A stretch of 21,000 nucleotides of DNA from Diplonema japonicum (taxonomy: Eukaryota > Protista > Euglenozoa: Diplonemea), in contig OZ025776.1 of NCBI GenBank assembly GCA_964019335.1, forward strand, positions 1 to 21,000. Direction: 5' to 3'. The notes below the pieces were generated by a model, which saw nothing but the letters and a program-made list of their open reading frames with translations, made no database searches and had not been told where the DNA came from. Below are positions 19,519-21,000 of the stretch, one piece after another (position 1 is the first letter of the stretch; each line of letters begins with the position of its first letter). Made by a program: the position numbers and the translations under genes.

Positions 19519-21000
19519 TAGGTACAGTGCTATGTACTCATGCCAATGCATGTAGTGCTACCAGTACTATCAGTAGTATATACTGTAGTAAGTACTCATA
19601 CCATTCCTAGCTAACACAGGTAATGCATGTAGTACTATCAGTAGTACAGAGAGCACAGGCATGTATATCCTGGGAGTACACACACCAATATATCCCAGGG
19701 ATGTGGTGTGCTCTCTAGCCATACCATCTCATGAGGATGGTGGCGGTATACTCTACCAACCATGTACCTCATAATGAGGAGAACATGCTGGTAAGGATAC
19801 TAACTAAGCATGAATACCTCTAAGCAGTACTATCCTAAGTATGGGCAGACACACAGAGGATGTATCCCCAATACAGATAGTATGATATCAGTAGTACATC
19901 CTGTAGTACATACCATGGCATAGTACAGAAGGAGATGCCATGTTAGCTGTGCAGTAGATATCTAGTGGCACCATTCCCTGAGAACACAGGAGTATGGAAC
20001 CAGTGGAATACCAGGAGTACTAACACAGGTAATGCCACCAATACACTGAGTGTGTGGCATAGAGCACATCCTACCACCAGTACACACACAGTATGCATGA
20101 GCATATATCCTGTGTAGTGCTACATGTGCAATGGATGCATGTAGTACTGTCATAGGTATCATGGCTAGTACATAGTATGATATCAGTAGCACAGGTATCC
20201 TGAGAGTGGAGGAACCTGTGGAATACTAGAAGTACTAACTCAGAGAATACCAGGAGTATGGAACTAGGGAAGTACGGAGGTATCCTAGTAGCACAGGTAA
20301 TACCACCAGTAGCTGTGGTGGTGCCATGTACTGTATATGATATCATGCACACCAATACATACTGTATGTACATAGGGAATACGTACTGTGCAGTGCATAG
20401 AGCACAGGGGATACATACTGTGCTAACTATGATATCTAGTACTATCAGTAGTACAGAGGTATCCTTAGAAGGGTAGTGATCCCAGAGAAGCAGTGGAATC
20501 AGGAGAACCACTAACTTGGGAATCCCTGAAGTAGTATATCCCTGGTAACACAGGTAATACCACCAGTAGCTGTGGTGATGCCATGTACTGTATATGATAT
20601 CATGCACACCAATACATACTGTATGTACATAGGGAATACGTACTGTGCAGTGCTACATGTGCAATGGATGCATGTAGTACATCCTGTAGTACATACCATG
20701 GCATAGTACAGAAGGAGATGCCATGTTAGCTGTGCAGTAGATATCTAGTGGCACCATTCCCTGAGAACACAGGAGTATGGAACCAGTGGAATACCAGGAG
20801 TACTAACACAGGTAATGCCACCAATACACTGAGTGTGTGGCATAGAGCATATCCTACCACCAGTACAGACACAGTATGCATGAGCATATATCCTGTGTAG
20901 TGCTACATGTGCAATGGATGCATGTAGTACTGTCATAGGTATCATGGCTAGTACATAGTATGATATCAGTAGCACAGGTATCCTGAGAGTGGAGGAACCT

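Larger units (their letters stand above)
16900..21000. repeat. Chromosome-like unit 4, truncated by window end (3-cassette array at ~18290-19700)
   Basis: Same constant region start; two new cassettes plus one shared with unit 3. Confidence 0.92.

Noticed and set aside
1-21000. Transposon, LTR element or plain satellite DNA
   Set aside because: No transposase or reverse transcriptase frames or terminal repeats, and each unit carries distinct coding modules.
1-21000. tRNA or rRNA genes
   Set aside because: No cloverleaf or recognisable rRNA motif was seen. Highly divergent rRNA pieces cannot be fully excluded for the unassigned cassette at 1592-1698.

Overview
This window is best read as diplonemid-type (Euglenozoa) mitochondrial DNA, not a bacterial or phage locus. 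It contains four head-to-tail units of about 5.3-5.9 kb (1-5277, 5278-11037, 11038-16899, 16900->21000). Each unit is a nearly identical non-coding constant region plus a unit-specific array of about 1.1-1.4 kb holding 2-4 short unique cassettes separated by a small vocabulary of recurring spacer motifs. Translated with UGA=Trp, the cassettes are fragments (modules) of respiratory genes on both strands. Recognisable modules are cob (two consecutive pieces in scrambled order), cox3, nad3, nad4, nad5 and nad7. Less certain are a probable cox1 3' piece and three weakly assigned or unassigned modules, one of them duplicated in two units. No gene is complete, so mRNAs must be assembled from modules, as in the trans-splicing established for diplonemids. 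Notable points: four different chromosome-like units are joined in one molecule; + modules always lie left of - modules; cob has a natural G143A-equivalent; each complete unit has two invariant (CG)8 palindromes with iteron-like repeats. Most ORFs in the supplied track are spurious frames in the constant region, and the track truncates or misses real modules because it treats UGA as stop. Module boundaries are approximate without transcript data.
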